A stretch of DNA of 64,000 nucleotides from an uncultured Alphaproteobacteria bacterium (GCA_963833955.1 CAWHZY010000007.1:111943-175942); one strand, 5' to 3'. Numbered from the stretch's first letter, positions 42,437-53,498 are shown. The notes: generated by a model not told the origin, from the letters alone. Program-made: numbers and translations.

Positions 42437-42760
42437 ATGGTTCGCTTCTTTAAAGTCGCCATCCTCGCACTCTGCGCCGTCATCCTTCTCGGTTTCGCCT
42501 TCGCCAATCGCGACCCTGTCATCGTCTCGTTCGACCCCTTCGCCTCCCGCGACAATGCGGCGTTTTCTTTCCCCGCGCCGCTCTTTGCCGTCGTGATCGT
42601 GGCGGCCATGCTTGGCGTCGTCGCCGGCGCGACGGCGACCTGGCTATCGCAGGGGCGCCACCGGAGAGCCTCACGCCTAAGCCGGAGGGAGGCGGACAAA
42701 TGGCGCGCGCAAGCTCAAGCGGCCAAGTCTGCTCATCCCGCTCTGACGAGCGACAGGTAA
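42437..42760 (+). CDS. LapA/DUF1049-family inner-membrane protein
   Basis: FAFANR..V..SFDPF, WLSQGRHRR; follows ihfB. Confidence 0.8.
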   Translation: MVRFFKVAILALCAVILLGFAFANRDPVIVSFDPFASRDNAAFSFPAPLFAVVIVAAMLGVVAGATATWLSQGRHRRASRLSRREADKWRAQAQAAKSAHPALTSDR

Positions 42761-42856
42761 TCCGCAGGCGGCGGCGATCACGCTTCGATCACGGCGCCGG
42801 CGCTGGACGGCTCTGAGCGGGAGGCGCAGCCCAAGATCGGCGCTCGCTCGACACGA

Positions 42857-43864
42857 TTACCCGATCGTCGGCTTCATCGCCCACCGCTGCCGCCACGTGG
42901 GCTGGGCCCCTGGGACTGAAAGCGGGGTCGCCTCGTAGACGCCGCGGGCAATCGCTCGAGCGACGCACTCGGCGGACAACATGCCGATCTCAGTCAGGTC
43001 TCGGAGGTCTGGAACCGCGCTCGCCCGCGCCGTCGCCGCTGCGAAGACAACGTCATTGTCCATCGGCGCATGGGCGGGACGCAACGCAAGCGCGCAACCG
43101 TCTTGAGCCATCGTGGCGACGCGCTTGAGCTGCGTTGTCGTCAAGGCGGCGTCCGTAACGACGACCATGAGGTCGGTGCTCGACGGCGTGTCAGACTTGA
43201 GGCGAAGCGTCAGATGATCGTCGATATCCTTGGGCCCGAAGCCAAGGCCGCCGAACTCGGCTTCCCGTTCGTAAGGCGCGGCCCAGAAATGCGGGCTTTC
43301 GCCCCGGGTCGCGCGACCCACGGAATTGACAACGACAAGCGCGCCGATGCGAAAGCCGCTCGAGGTCACCGCGCTCGCGGAGCCCAGTCCGCCTTTCAGG
43401 TTGTAGGTCGTCGCGCCAAATCCAGCGCCTGCGGTCCCAAGCGCGAACTCGACGGCGGCGGTCGAGGCAGCTTCGAGGCCCATGTCCCAATAAGGCGGCT
43501 TGCGGCCCCAGGATTTCTCGCCACCGTTGAGAAGATCGAACAGGCTCGCGCCTGGCACAATCGGAACGCGCGCGCCGCGGTGTTCGAAGCCGCGACCGAT
43601 CTCGGCCAGGTAGGTCATCACGCCGCCCGCCGCATCGAGGCCGAAAGCGGATCCCCCGGACAGAACGAAGCCGTCGACACGCTCGATGGTCATTTCCGGC
43701 TCGAGCAAAGCCGTGTCGCGCAACGCCGGCGCGCCGCCGTTCATGGCGATCGACGCGATCGCGGGCGCCTCGAACAAGACCACGGTCACGCCTGAAGCGA
43801 GCCACGTGTCGTCGGCCGATCCGACGAGCACGCCCTCAACGTCGGTGATCAGATTGCGGGCCAT
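42857..43864 (-). CDS. P1-family peptidase (DmpA/S58-like)
   Basis: NLITDVEGVLVG, LSGGSAFGLDAA, VPIVP, KGGLGSAS, AQDG. Confidence 0.85.
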   Translation of the reverse strand: MARNLITDVEGVLVGSADDTWLASGVTVVLFEAPAIASIAMNGGAPALRDTALLEPEMTIERVDGFVLSGGSAFGLDAAGGVMTYLAEIGRGFEHRGARVPIVPGASLFDLLNGGEKSWGRKPPYWDMGLEAASTAAVEFALGTAGAGFGATTYNLKGGLGSASAVTSSGFRIGALVVVNSVGRATRGESPHFWAAPYEREAEFGGLGFGPKDIDDHLTLRLKSDTPSSTDLMVVVTDAALTTTQLKRVATMAQDGCALALRPAHAPMDNDVVFAAATARASAVPDLRDLTEIGMLSAECVARAIARGVYEATPLSVPGAQPTWRQRWAMKPTIG

Positions 43865-44053
43865 CGATAATGCTTCACCGTCGGGTCGCGTTCGTGGATC
43901 ATCGAGATCCTGCGTCAACTCGTATCAGGGCTGGAAATCGGAAGAAAGACGCGCGCCCCCTGCATCGGGTATCTTGGGCGGGCGACCGAGAATAGGCTGG
44001 GACAAGGTTGATTCGCGACTCTGGGACGTTCGGAGCGAGAGGCGTCGACTGAA

Positions 44054-44681
44054 GTGTGGGACGAACTGGACGAGCCGCTCGGTTTTGTTGCGGGCAGCGC
44101 ATCGGCGCTGGCCGTGCGAGACAAGCGCCCGATGACAGGAGCGGCGACGGTCGCCGCGATCATCGCGATAGCCGCTGGCCTCGTTATGCTTCCGCGACCA
44201 GATTTCCCTGTTAAAGGCGAGCCGTTCGCGGTGGCGAAAGTTGAAATCTTGCCCCCGCCGCCGAAGCTCGTCGCCCCGGACGCGACGGCAAGCGTGGTCC
44301 AAGCCACCGCGACGCCGGCGGCCTCGGCGGCACAAGTGGAAACGACGAACGGGGTCAAGATCACGCGCGGGTCCGGCGGCCCGCCGAAGCCGCTTATCAT
44401 CGATGTGGCGCAGGCGTTGGGCGCCAGGCTCCGGCCCACCCCTGACGGCCGGGTCCTGGAAGAGTCGAAATATGGCCTTTTACCTCAAGCGGCTCGTTGA
44501 GCTCGCCCGTCGGCGAGGCTCGGCGGTCGGCGTCATATCCGTGTCGCCGGCGGGCATCGCGCGCCTGGAGCGGTGGACGAACGGACGCGCCTGGAAGGGC
44601 GTCGCGTTGGCGCCGCTCTCCGCCTTGATGTCGGCGGCGTCAAAGCGGTCAGCTCCGTTGAACGGGTCTCTCTGCCCATGA
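44054..44681 (+). pseudogene. Divergent polysaccharide deacetylase (YibQ/DUF610) remnant with central deletion
   Basis: N-terminal part (DELDEPLG..GEPFAV..EESKYGLLP) joins out of frame to C-terminal part ([26 protein letters not shown]); directly upstream of rppH. Confidence 0.65.
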
Positions 44682-45184
44682 GCGGGCGCCAGTATCGCCC
44701 ATGCGTTGGGGTGACGTTGATCAATCAGGCGGGCGATGCGTTCATTGGCCATCGCAGGCGCAAACGCGGCTCCGAAGTCCTGGACCCGCGCTCGTGGCAG
44801 ATGCCGCAGGGGGGAATCGACGCAGGCGAACAACCCCTCGAAGCCGCGAAGCGCGAGCTTTGGGAGGAGACCAACGTCAGTTCGGCCGAACTGATCGCGG
44901 AGTTGCCAGTTTGGCTCAAGTACGATCTGCCGGAAGACGCGCGCGGGCGTTGGAGCGGCCGGTATCGCGGGCAGACCCAAAAGTGGTTTCTGTTCCGATT
45001 TGTTGGCCGCGATGACGAGATCGACGTCCATCATCCGGCCGGCGGCGCCCACGACGCGGAATTTGACGATTGGCGCTGGGAGCGCCTCGAGCGCCTTCCG
45101 GACCTTGTCGTGCCGTTCAAACGCGAAGTCTACGAGGCCGTTGCGGCGGCTTTCGCGCCCCTCGCGCGTCCCGCAGGATCGTGA
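44678..45184 (+). CDS. rppH: RNA pyrophosphohydrolase
   Basis: [39 protein letters not shown]. Confidence 0.93.
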   Translation: MSGRQYRPCVGVTLINQAGDAFIGHRRRKRGSEVLDPRSWQMPQGGIDAGEQPLEAAKRELWEETNVSSAELIAELPVWLKYDLPEDARGRWSGRYRGQTQKWFLFRFVGRDDEIDVHHPAGGAHDAEFDDWRWERLERLPDLVVPFKREVYEAVAAAFAPLARPAGS

Positions 45185-45200
45185 ACCAGACGCCTATCTC

Positions 45201-45524
45201 TTACGTGCCCGCTCGAACGGAGGCGACCGCCGCCGCCATCTCCTCGTCCATCTTCCTGCGCAGACGGTGATCCGATAAATCGACGTTGCCCCGCTCGAGG
45301 TCCGCCTTGAGCGCGGCTTCGACGTCGGAATCGCTCTTGCCGATCTGCGCGCCAACAAAGTCGCTGGCGTATTTCTCGGCGTCAGCGCCAGAGAGCCCCT
45401 TCGTCTCGGCGACCCAGAGCGCGACCGCCTTGTTACGGCGCGCGACCGCCTTGAAGCGCAGATCCTCGTCGTGCGCGAACTGCTTTTCGAACGTGTTTTC
45501 GCGATCTTGAAACGCGTCGGACAT
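45201..45524 (-). CDS. DUF1476 protein (F1Fo-ATPase zeta inhibitor subunit family)
   Basis: FQDRE..FEKQFAHDEDLRFKAVARRNK..LW. Confidence 0.85.
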   Translation of the reverse strand: MSDAFQDRENTFEKQFAHDEDLRFKAVARRNKAVALWVAETKGLSGADAEKYASDFVGAQIGKSDSDVEAALKADLERGNVDLSDHRLRRKMDEEMAAAVASVRAGT

Positions 45525-45769
45525 GATCGCCTCCGTCACTTGCGAAGTCCTCGCGAACCACCTCGCCGGCGACACCGCGATTCCTGGCCTCTGCGGACCA
45601 GGGGATGGCGGACGTTATGACGATTTCCGCTGCGCGGCGCAATGCGGGCCTTTACGCTCTAGGGCCGTCGGAGCCCGCATTCGTTTGCGAGTCCATTTTG
45701 CGCGATTTCAATGGTTTGCGCCGCGTTTTGCGAGTCTGTGGCTAATTTTCCACACGTACGATAAGTACT

Positions 45770-46204
45770 TTATTCGACCGCGCCTTCCATCGCGAGCCGG
45801 GCGGACAGTCCCCTTCGCGCCGCCTCGATCAGCGCTCGCGCGGCGCCGTCGTCGTAAGGCGTCGCGGCGCCATGCCCCCATACCGGTCCAGGCCACGCCG
45901 GATCGCCGACAACTCGAGCGACGACGTGCAAGTGGAGTTGACGAACGATGTTGCCGAGGGCGCCGACATTGATCTTGTCCGCCGGCATGTGATTCTTCAG
46001 GAATCGCGAAGCGCGACCCGCCTCTTCCATCAATTGCGTTTGGTCCGCGCGCTCAAGATCGGTCAATTCGACTAAGCCTTCCCGGCGGGGCACGAGAATG
46101 AGCCATGGCCAGCGGGCATCGTTCATCAAAAGCACGCGACACAGCGGCAAATCGCCGATGACAAACGCGTCGCGCGCGAGCCGATTGTCGAGCTCGAAGG
46201 TCAT
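45770..46204 (-). CDS. HIT-family protein
   Basis: [47 protein letters not shown]. Confidence 0.9.
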   Translation of the reverse strand: MTFELDNRLARDAFVIGDLPLCRVLLMNDARWPWLILVPRREGLVELTDLERADQTQLMEEAGRASRFLKNHMPADKINVGALGNIVRQLHLHVVARVVGDPAWPGPVWGHGAATPYDDGAARALIEAARRGLSARLAMEGAVE

Positions 46205-47421
46205 GAGGCCCACGCGCGCCCATGGGCGCCGCGCGGCAGGCCGAGCTTGGCGGCAATTGTTTCGCCGACGTCGGCTAGGCTCGCCCGCGCTCCGATCGGG
46301 CCGGGGGGAACGCCGGCGCCGAAGGCGAGGATCGGAACGTGCTCGCGCGTGTGATCGAAGCCGGGATAAGTCGGATCGTTGCCGTGGTCGGCGGTGATGA
46401 CGCAATAGTCAGTCGGCCTCATCGCCGCTTCGATGGCGCCAAGCCGTCGATCAAACGCTTCGAGACAGCCGGCGTAACCCGGGACGTCACGGCGATGTCC
46501 CCATTCGGTGTCGAAATCGACCAGGTTGACAAAGATCAGTCCGCCTGCTGGCGTCGTGGCGAGCGCCTCAAGAAGGAGGTCGACATTGCCGTCGTTGCTC
46601 TTGCCCTTGCGTTCGTTCCCGGTGTCGCGATGAGCGAAGATGTCGCCGATCTTGCCGATCGAGACGACAGCGCGGCCGGCGCCGGCGGCCCGTTGCAAAA
46701 TATTGCCCTCCGGCGGGGGCATGGCGAAATCCTTGCGGTTCGCGGTGCGGGCGAAGTCCTTGCCACTCGCGCCGAGGAAAGGGCGCGCGATCACGCGCCC
46801 GATCTTCAAAGGATCGCACAACCGGCGCGCGATCCGGCAAAGATCATAAAGACGCTCAAGCCCGAAAGCCTGCTCATGGGCGGCGATCTGGAGCACCGAG
46901 TTGGCGGACGTGTAGCAGATGGGTTTCAATGTTCTAAGATGCTCTTCGCCATAGTCCTCGATCACCGCCGTGCCCGAGGCGTGGCGATTGGCGAGAATCC
47001 CTGTCAGCCTGCCTTCGGCGATCAGCGCCTCGATCAGCGTAGGAGGGAAGGCGGGAATCGTCTCCGGGAAATAGCCCCAGTCGAAGTCGACCGGCGTGCC
47101 GGCGAGCTCCCAATGGCCGGACGGCGTGTCCTTGCCGCGTGAAGTCTCGACGCCATAGCCCCATTGGCCGCGCGGCGCGGGAAGCGCAAAGCCGGGCGGC
47201 GCGCGGCCGGTCGACGCCTTCATCGCGTGACCAAGCCCCAGCGCCTCAAGCCGCGGCAATTTCAGCGGCCCGCTCCTCAAGCCGTGGCGATCGCCCCGGC
47301 CCTCAGCACAGGCTTCAGCAATATGGCCGAGCGTATCCGCGCCCTCGTCGCCATAGGCGCGCGCGTCCTCAGCGCCGCCGCAGCCGACCGAGTTGAGAAC
47401 AATGAGAATGGCGCGGGTCAT
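46201..47421 (-). CDS. deoB: Phosphopentomutase
   Basis: [46 protein letters not shown]; two conserved Asp read as Asn (see findings). Confidence 0.95.
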   Translation of the reverse strand: MTRAILIVLNSVGCGGAEDARAYGDEGADTLGHIAEACAEGRGDRHGLRSGPLKLPRLEALGLGHAMKASTGRAPPGFALPAPRGQWGYGVETSRGKDTPSGHWELAGTPVDFDWGYFPETIPAFPPTLIEALIAEGRLTGILANRHASGTAVIEDYGEEHLRTLKPICYTSANSVLQIAAHEQAFGLERLYDLCRIARRLCDPLKIGRVIARPFLGASGKDFARTANRKDFAMPPPEGNILQRAAGAGRAVVSIGKIGDIFAHRDTGNERKGKSNDGNVDLLLEALATTPAGGLIFVNLVDFDTEWGHRRDVPGYAGCLEAFDRRLGAIEAAMRPTDYCVITADHGNDPTYPGFDHTREHVPILAFGAGVPPGPIGARASLADVGETIAAKLGLPRGAHGRAWAS

Positions 47422-47425
47422 CGCT

Positions 47426-47582
47426 CCCCTCTCCTACGGGAGAGGCGTCGGGGGTGAGGGTTCGCGCCCGAAACTGACGCCGCGCTCTTGGCGCGGGCCC
47501 TCATCCGGCGCCCATAGCCCGTCCAGAAGGACGGGCGTCCTTCTGGACGCCCTATGGGGCCACCTTCTCCCGGAGGGAGAAG
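47426..47582. repeat. Palindromic intergenic repeat family A, copy 3 with nested module
   Basis: Same blocks as 1311-1408. Confidence 0.9.
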
Positions 47583-47611
47583 AAGCGCACGCCGCATTTC
47601 GCGGCAGACGC

Positions 47612-49243
47612 TCACTGGCTCACGACATGCGACAGAGTCGCCTCATTCGCGAAGGCGGCGGCGAACAGAGCGCGCGTATAGTCATTTTGCGGCGCGCTGA
47701 ACACCGTCCGCGCGTCGCCGCTCTCCACCACCTTACCGCGCCGCATGACGATGATTTCGCTCGCCAGCGCCCGCACGACCCTCAGATCGTGAGAAATGAA
47801 CAGGTAGGCGAGGTTGCGGCGGCGCTGGAGTTCGCGCAACAGATCGACGATCTGCGCCTGGATCGACATGTCCAGGGCCGATGTCGGCTCGTCAAGCACC
47901 ACGAAACGCGGATCGAGCGCCATCGCGCGAGCAATCGCGATGCGCTGGCGCTGGCCGCCGGAGAATTCATGCGGATAACGGTCGAGCGTCGATGGATCGA
48001 GCCCGGTGTCGGCCAGCGCCTGCTCCACCACGCGGCGCCGCTCGGCGGCGTTCAGCTTCGTCCCCTGCGCGATCAGCCCCTCTTCGACGATCTCGGCCAC
48101 CGACATGCGTGGCGACAGCGAACCATACGGATCCTGGAAAACGATCTGCATCTCGCGACGCAGCGGGCGCATGGCTTTGGACGTAAGCCCGTCGATGGCG
48201 CGCCCGCAATAGACAATCGGACCCTGCGACCGGATGAGCCTCAAGATTGCGAGGCCAAGCGTCGTCTTGCCCGAGCCGGATTTGCCAACGACCCCGACGG
48301 TCTGCCCTTCCCGGATCGCGACCGAAACCCCATCGACGGCTTTCACGTGAGCGACCGTGCGGCGCAAGAATCCTTTCCGGATCGGAAACCAGACGCGCAG
48401 ATTGTCGGCGCTCGCGATCGTTGTCGCGGCTTGATCGGCGCGAGGCGGATCGCCCTTGGGCTCGGCGGCGAGCAGCGCTCGCGTATAAGGATGGCGGGGA
48501 TCGGCAAAGACGCGCGCCGTCTCGCCGGCTTCGACAATAACGCCGTGGCGCATGACGATCACGTCGTCGGCGATGCGCCGCACGATATTGAGATCGTGGG
48601 TGATGAACAGCATCGCCATGCCGAGCCGTTCCTGCAGGTCCTTGAGAAGCTTGAGGATCTGCGCCTGCACGGTGACGTCGAGCGCCGTCGTCGGCTCGTC
48701 CGCGATCAGGAGATCGGGGCGATTGGCGAGCGCCATGGCGATCATCACCCGCTGGCGCTGCCCGCCGGAGAGCTGGTGGGGATAGGCTTGAAGTCGCTGC
48801 GCCGGGTCGACGATGCCGACCTCGGTCAGGAGCTCGACGATCTTCGCCTGCGTGACGGCCGCGCGGCCGTGGTGAAGCGCGATGATCTCGCCAATCTGCC
48901 GCTCGATCGTATGGAGTGGATTGAGCGACGTCATCGGCTCCTGAAACACCATGGTGACGGCGTGGCCGCGCATCGCGCGCAATTCGTCGACGGACATCTT
49001 GAGCACGTCGCGGCCACGGAAAAAGATCTCGCCGCTTGGATAGCTGGCCGCGGGCTGCGGCAGGAGACGCACAATGGCCTGGGCGGTGACGGTCTTGCCC
49101 GAACCGGACTCGCCGACCAGCGCCAGCGTGCGGCCTTTTTCAAGCCGAAAGGAGATGCGATCGACAACCGTGCGGCGCTCGCCGCTTTGCGCGAAGGCGA
49201 TCGAGAGTTCGCGTACGTCGAGAAGCGGCGCGGCCTCGCTCAC
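47612..49243 (-). CDS. yejF: YejF-like double ABC ATPase
   Basis: Two ABC domains (GESGSGKT; GKSGSGKT), last gene of yejABEF-type operon. Confidence 0.85.
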   Translation of the reverse strand: MSEAAPLLDVRELSIAFAQSGERRTVVDRISFRLEKGRTLALVGESGSGKTVTAQAIVRLLPQPAASYPSGEIFFRGRDVLKMSVDELRAMRGHAVTMVFQEPMTSLNPLHTIERQIGEIIALHHGRAAVTQAKIVELLTEVGIVDPAQRLQAYPHQLSGGQRQRVMIAMALANRPDLLIADEPTTALDVTVQAQILKLLKDLQERLGMAMLFITHDLNIVRRIADDVIVMRHGVIVEAGETARVFADPRHPYTRALLAAEPKGDPPRADQAATTIASADNLRVWFPIRKGFLRRTVAHVKAVDGVSVAIREGQTVGVVGKSGSGKTTLGLAILRLIRSQGPIVYCGRAIDGLTSKAMRPLRREMQIVFQDPYGSLSPRMSVAEIVEEGLIAQGTKLNAAERRRVVEQALADTGLDPSTLDRYPHEFSGGQRQRIAIARAMALDPRFVVLDEPTSALDMSIQAQIVDLLRELQRRRNLAYLFISHDLRVVRALASEIIVMRRGKVVESGDARTVFSAPQNDYTRALFAAAFANEATLSHVVSQ

Positions 49244-50497
49244 AGGAACGTCTTTCGCGGATCGAAAGCGTCACGCACCGCTTCGCCGATAAAAATGAGG
49301 AGCGAGAGCATCAGCGCCGTCACGGCGAAGGCAGATAGTCCGATCCAGGGCGCCGACAGATTGGATTTGCCCTGCAGCAGGAGTTCGCCGAGCGAGGGCG
49401 AGCCGGGCGGCATGCCCAATCCTAAGAAGTCGAGCGAGGTCAGCGTGCTGATGGACGAATTGACGATGAACGGCAGGAAGGTCAGCGTCGCCACCATGGC
49501 GTTCGGCAGCACGTGCTTGACGATGATCTTGGCGTTGGAGAGGCCAAGCGCGCGCGCCGCATTGACATATTCGAAGTTGCGCGCGCGCAGGAACTCGGCC
49601 CGGACCAGGTGAACGAGGCTGACCCACGAGAACAAGAGGAGGATCGTCAGCAGGACGAAGAAACTTGGCGCGAGAATCGCGGACAGGATGATGAGGATGT
49701 AAAGGTGCGGCAGCGATGACCAGATCTCGATCACCCGCTGCATCGTGAGATCGAGCCAGCCGCCGAAATAGCCCTGCACCGCGCCGGCGAAGACGCCGAT
49801 CACCGACGAGACGCCGGCGAGCGTCAAGTCCAAACAGAATCGAGATGCGAAAGCCGTAGATGAGCCGGGCGACGATGTCGTGCCCGTCCTGATCGGAGCC
49901 GAGCCAGAGCGGTTCAAGCTTGCCGCAGGGACGCGGGACAGTCGCGGCGTCCTTGACCTTCTGCTTGTCGAGCGCGGCGCGGCATTGGGCGTCGGTCAGC
50001 ATCCACGTCGGGGGCGTCGGCAGCGGCGTCGGCGGGTTGAGAATCGTGGTCGAATTGGCGAAACGGATCGGCGGCCAGATCATCCAGCCATGCGCCTTGA
50101 TCTCGTCGGCGATAAAGGGGTCGCGAAAATCCGCCCGCGCCTGGAACCCGCCGAATTTGTCCTCGGGATAGTCGAAGAGGACAGGAAAGAGGATCTCGCC
50201 TTTGTAGGAAGCGATCAGGGGCCGGTCGTTGGCGATGAATTCCGCGAACAACGAAGCGATGAACAGGACCAGGAAGATCCAGAACGACCAGGCGCCGCGC
50301 TTGTGGCGGCGGAAATTGTCGAGGCGGCGCCGGTTCATCGGCGAAAGCCAGGGACGCCGTTCGAGGCCCGCGCGCGCCTTCGCCTGCCGCCAGGAATCCG
50401 TGTCTTCGTTGAGCGGAAGGATGTCGGGCGCCGCTTCTCCCGGTTGCGGCGCCGTGTCGGAAGGCAGAGCCAAGCGGTCCGTATCGACCAAGCTCAC
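49240..50497 (-). CDS. yejE: YejE-like ABC permease (probable sequencing frameshift near 49830)
   Basis: [36 protein letters not shown] then [33 protein letters not shown]. Confidence 0.88.
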
Positions 50498-51595
50498 ACC
50501 TCTCGCGTTTCGAAATCGATGCGAGGATCGATCCAGGTGTAGGTGAGGTCGGAAATCAGGTTCACCACGAGGCCGATGAGGGCGAAGATATAAAGGTTGG
50601 CGAGCACCACCGGATAGTCGCGCTGGATGAGCGAATTGTAGGAGAGATAGCCGAGGCCGTCGAGCGAGAACACCTGTTCGATCAGAAGGGAGCCGGTGAA
50701 GAAGGCGCCGATGAAGGCGCCGGGAAAGCCGGCGATGACGATCAGCATCGCGTTGCGGAACACGTGGCCATAGAGCACGCGCCGCTCGGTCAGGCCCTTC
50801 ATCCGCGCGGTCTGCACGTAGGCCTTCTTGATCTCGTCGAGGAAGGAATTCTTCGTGAGCAGCGTCGAGGTCGCGAACGAGCCCAACACCAGCGCCGTCA
50901 CCGGCAGCGTGATGTGCCAAAGATAGTCGAGGATCTTGTGCGGCCAGCTGAGGTCGGCGAAATTGTCGGACGTCAGGCCGCGCAGCGGAAAGATCTGCCA
51001 GAACGACCCGCCGCAGAACAGCACAACGAGCAAGACCGCGAACAGAAAGCTCGGGATCGCGTAGCCGAAGATCACAAGTGCGGACGTGACCGTATCGAAG
51101 CGAGAGCCGTCCTTGACCGCCTTTCGCACCCCAAGCGGGATCGAAATCGCGTAGGAGAGGACGGTCATCCACATGCCGAGCGAGATCGAGACCGGCAATT
51201 TTTCCTTGATCAGCTCGCAGCACCGGCACGTCGCGGTAATAGCTCTTGCCGAAATTGAAGGTCGAGTAGTCGCGCACCAGAATCCAGAATCGCTCGAGCA
51301 CGGGCTTGTCGAAGCCGTATTGCTTTTCCAGTTCCTTGATGAATTTGGGATCGAGGCCCTGCGAGCCGCGATAGCGCGAAGTAATGTCGCCCCCGGCCTG
51401 CGCGCTCCCAGCCCCGATCTGGCCGCCGCCTCCGCCGAATTGGGCGGTCGAACTCTGGTCCGCGCCTTGCAGTTGCGAGATCGCGCGCTCGACCGGGCCG
51501 CCCGGGACAAATTGCACGATCGCGAAAGAAACCGCCATGATTCCGAGGATCGTCGGGATCATCAGCAAGAGCCGGCGGAGGATGTAGGCGAGCAT
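50494..51595 (-). CDS. yejB: YejB-like ABC permease (probable sequencing frameshift near 51220)
   Basis: [34 protein letters not shown] then [26 protein letters not shown]. Confidence 0.9.
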
Positions 51596-51632
51596 GCCTC
51601 AGCCGGCCGGGGGTCGGAGCGCTAAGCGCCCG

Positions 51633-53498
51633 TCAGAGTCCAATGGTCTTGGCCTTCGCTTCGTCCCACCACCAGGTTCCCGGCGCGCCAACGCCGAGCT
51701 TGGGCTGGGCCTGGGGGCGGGAAAACGCGTCCCAGTAAGCGACCCATGCGGTGTCGCGATACCACATCGGAACCCAATAATGGCCGGCTCTGAGGACGCG
51801 ATCGAGCGCGCGGCAGGCAGAGTTGAGGTCCTTCCGCGTTTTGGCCGAGGCGATCGCCTCGACCAGCATGTCCACAACCGGGTCGGAGACGCCGGCGAGA
51901 TTCCTCGAGGCGTTCTGCTTTGCGGACTCTGACGTATAGACGTTGCGAAGGTCGACGCCCGGCGTGAACGTCCCGCCCGAAGCCGTGGTCACGACATCAA
52001 AATCAAAGGCGTCGGTGCGGCTCTTGTATTGCGCGGGATCGACGATGCGGTAATTCGCCTGAATGCCGAGCTTGCCGAGGTTCTGGATGAACGGCAAAGT
52101 GTGGGGCTGCAACGCGCTGGAAGAATTGAGGAATTCAATCGTCAACGGCTTGCCGTCCGGCAGCGTCAATGTCCCGCCTGCGCGTTTGCAGCCAGCCATG
52201 ATCAGCAAGTCGTAGGCTTGCTTGAGCAGCTTGCGATCACTGCCGGAACCGTCGCTGACGGGCGGGGTATAAGGCTCCCCATAGACCTGGGGCGACAGCT
52301 TGTCACGGTAGGCGCCGAGCAGCGCCATTTCCTCGGCGCCGGGCACGGCGGTCGCTTCCATGGGCGTATTCGGAAAGTAAGACACGATCCGCTTATATGC
52401 CGAGTACATGATATTCTTGTTGGTCCACTCGAAATCGAAGCAGAGGCCGATGGCTTCGCGCACGCGCGGGTCCTTGAACTGGTCGCGCCGCGTGTTGAGA
52501 TACCAGCCTTGTGTCCGTGACGGCGCGCCGTCGTGCAGGGTTTCCTTCTTCACTCGCCCGTCCCTGGCGGCGGGGAAGTCGTAGGACGTCGCCCAGAAGC
52601 GCGAGGTGTACTCCTCGTGATAGTTGATCGCTCCCGCCTTGAACGCCTCGAACGCGACCTGCCGCTCGCGATAATATTCAAAGCGAAGGCGATCGAAGTT
52701 GTTCTGCCCGAGATTGACCGGGAGCTTCGCGCCCCAATAATTGGGGTCGCGCGCGTATTCGATGAAGCGGCCCTGCTCGAACGTCTTCACCTTGTAGGGG
52801 CCTGAACCCAGCGGCGCGTCGAGTGTCGCTGCGGTGAAATCGCGCCCCTTCCACCACGCCGCCGAGAATACGGGCATGCCGACAACGATCAGATGCGCGT
52901 CGCGGCTGCGGCCCTGGACGAAGCGCACATGCGCGACGTCGTCGCCTTCCGGATCGGCCTTCTCCACCTCCCTCAGGAGCTGGGCGTAGATCGGATGGCC
53001 CTTTTCCTTCAGCACGTTGAGCGAAAAAGCGACATCGGCCGCCGTGACCTTCGAGCCGTCGACGAAGCGGGCCTCGGGACGCAATCGGAAGCGGTAGTCC
53101 AACTTGTCGGCGGAGACCCGCACCGATTGGGCGAGCAGGCCGTAGACGGAATCGGGTTCGTCGCCGTTGGCGGTCATCAGCGTGTCGAAAGTGGCCGACA
53201 TGCCGGCCGCGCCGTTGCCCTTCCACGAATAGATGTTGAGCGTATCGAAGGTGTCGAAATTCTGGTTGCCGCTCGTTCCGGTGATCTGCAGCGACAACAG
53301 GCCGCCGGTCGGCGCGTCCGGGTTGACGTAGGCGAAATGCGGAAAGTCCGGCGGCAAGGCGAGATCGCCGAACGACGACAGGCCATAGGTTTCGACGGAA
53401 TCGTCGGCAACCGCGGCAAAGGGGCGCCAGACGAGCGTCGCCAGCGCGCCGCCCGCACCGGCTTTCAACGCCGCCCTGCGGGTCAAGCTCAGGGTCAT
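51633..53498 (-). CDS. yejA: YejA-like extracellular solute-binding protein (Tat signal)
   Basis: TRRAAL, DFPHFAYVNPDAP.GG, YGLLA, LDRVLRAGHYWVP, TWWWD. Confidence 0.88.
   Translation of the reverse strand: MTLSLTRRAALKAGAGGALATLVWRPFAAVADDSVETYGLSSFGDLALPPDFPHFAYVNPDAPTGGLLSLQITGTSGNQNFDTFDTLNIYSWKGNGAAGMSATFDTLMTANGDEPDSVYGLLAQSVRVSADKLDYRFRLRPEARFVDGSKVTAADVAFSLNVLKEKGHPIYAQLLREVEKADPEGDDVAHVRFVQGRSRDAHLIVVGMPVFSAAWWKGRDFTAATLDAPLGSGPYKVKTFEQGRFIEYARDPNYWGAKLPVNLGQNNFDRLRFEYYRERQVAFEAFKAGAINYHEEYTSRFWATSYDFPAARDGRVKKETLHDGAPSRTQGWYLNTRRDQFKDPRVREAIGLCFDFEWTNKNIMYSAYKRIVSYFPNTPMEATAVPGAEEMALLGAYRDKLSPQVYGEPYTPPVSDGSGSDRKLLKQAYDLLIMAGCKRAGGTLTLPDGKPLTIEFLNSSSALQPHTLPFIQNLGKLGIQANYRIVDPAQYKSRTDAFDFDVVTTASGGTFTPGVDLRNVYTSESAKQNASRNLAGVSDPVVDMLVEAIASAKTRKDLNSACRALDRVLRAGHYWVPMWYRDTAWVAYWDAFSRPQAQPKLGVGAPGTWWWDEAKAKTIGL

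Noticed and set aside
46201-47421. Catalytically dead or neofunctionalised phosphopentomutase (two Asp->Asn)
   Set aside because: Both changes are at GANTC sites and are better explained as methylation-linked consensus errors.
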